Made by a program: the position numbers and the translations under genes | The notes under the pieces: model-generated | Told to the model about the DNA's origin: nothing | The model's database searches: none | What the model saw: the letters and a program-made list of their open reading frames with translations, nothing else | Origin: Nemertoderma westbladi | Taxonomy: Eukaryota > Animalia > Xenacoelomorpha | Assembly (NCBI GenBank): GCA_032718475.1 | Contig: JAUCBJ010000547.1 | Coordinates: 1 to 60,355 of the forward strand | Direction of reading: 5' to 3' | DNA: 60,355 nt | In this document: piece after piece, positions 60,349-60,355 of the stretch | Position numbering within the stretch: the stretch's first letter is position 1 | Layout: each line of letters opens with the position of its first letter

Positions 60349-60355
60349 AATCTGT

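Overview
Transposon-dense nuclear DNA from an invertebrate animal. From left to right: a mitochondrial insertion (nad5-cob NUMT), simple repeats, a decayed BEL/Pao retrotransposon, a LINE ORF1 relic, and then an old CR1/L2-type LINE split into three pieces by two very large, recently inserted, convergent BEL/Pao LTR retrotransposons. Element A is 12773-31461 (+), 18.7 kb, with 1195-bp LTRs and TSD ATACT. Element B is 32631-51782 (-), 19.2 kb, with ~1910-bp LTRs and TSD CAACT. After these come a full-length two-ORF APE-RT LINE inserted in a 50-55-bp satellite and the 3' part of a cytochrome P450 gene. The main candidate new system is shared by A and B, whose LTRs are not visibly similar. (1) Neither has a tRNA primer-binding site; instead the 11 nt right after the 5' LTR are the exact reverse complement of an 11-mer inside the element's own LTR, as in Tf1-type self-priming. 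(2) Both carry a large extra ORF between pol and the 3' LTR encoding a WRN/EXD/Mut-7-like DEDD 3'-5' exonuclease with CCHC zinc fingers. Element B also has TA...TA termini, a tRNA-like Pol III unit in its LTR, and a 20-nt hairpin motif repeated 12 times through its body. All calls were made by eye, without database searches.
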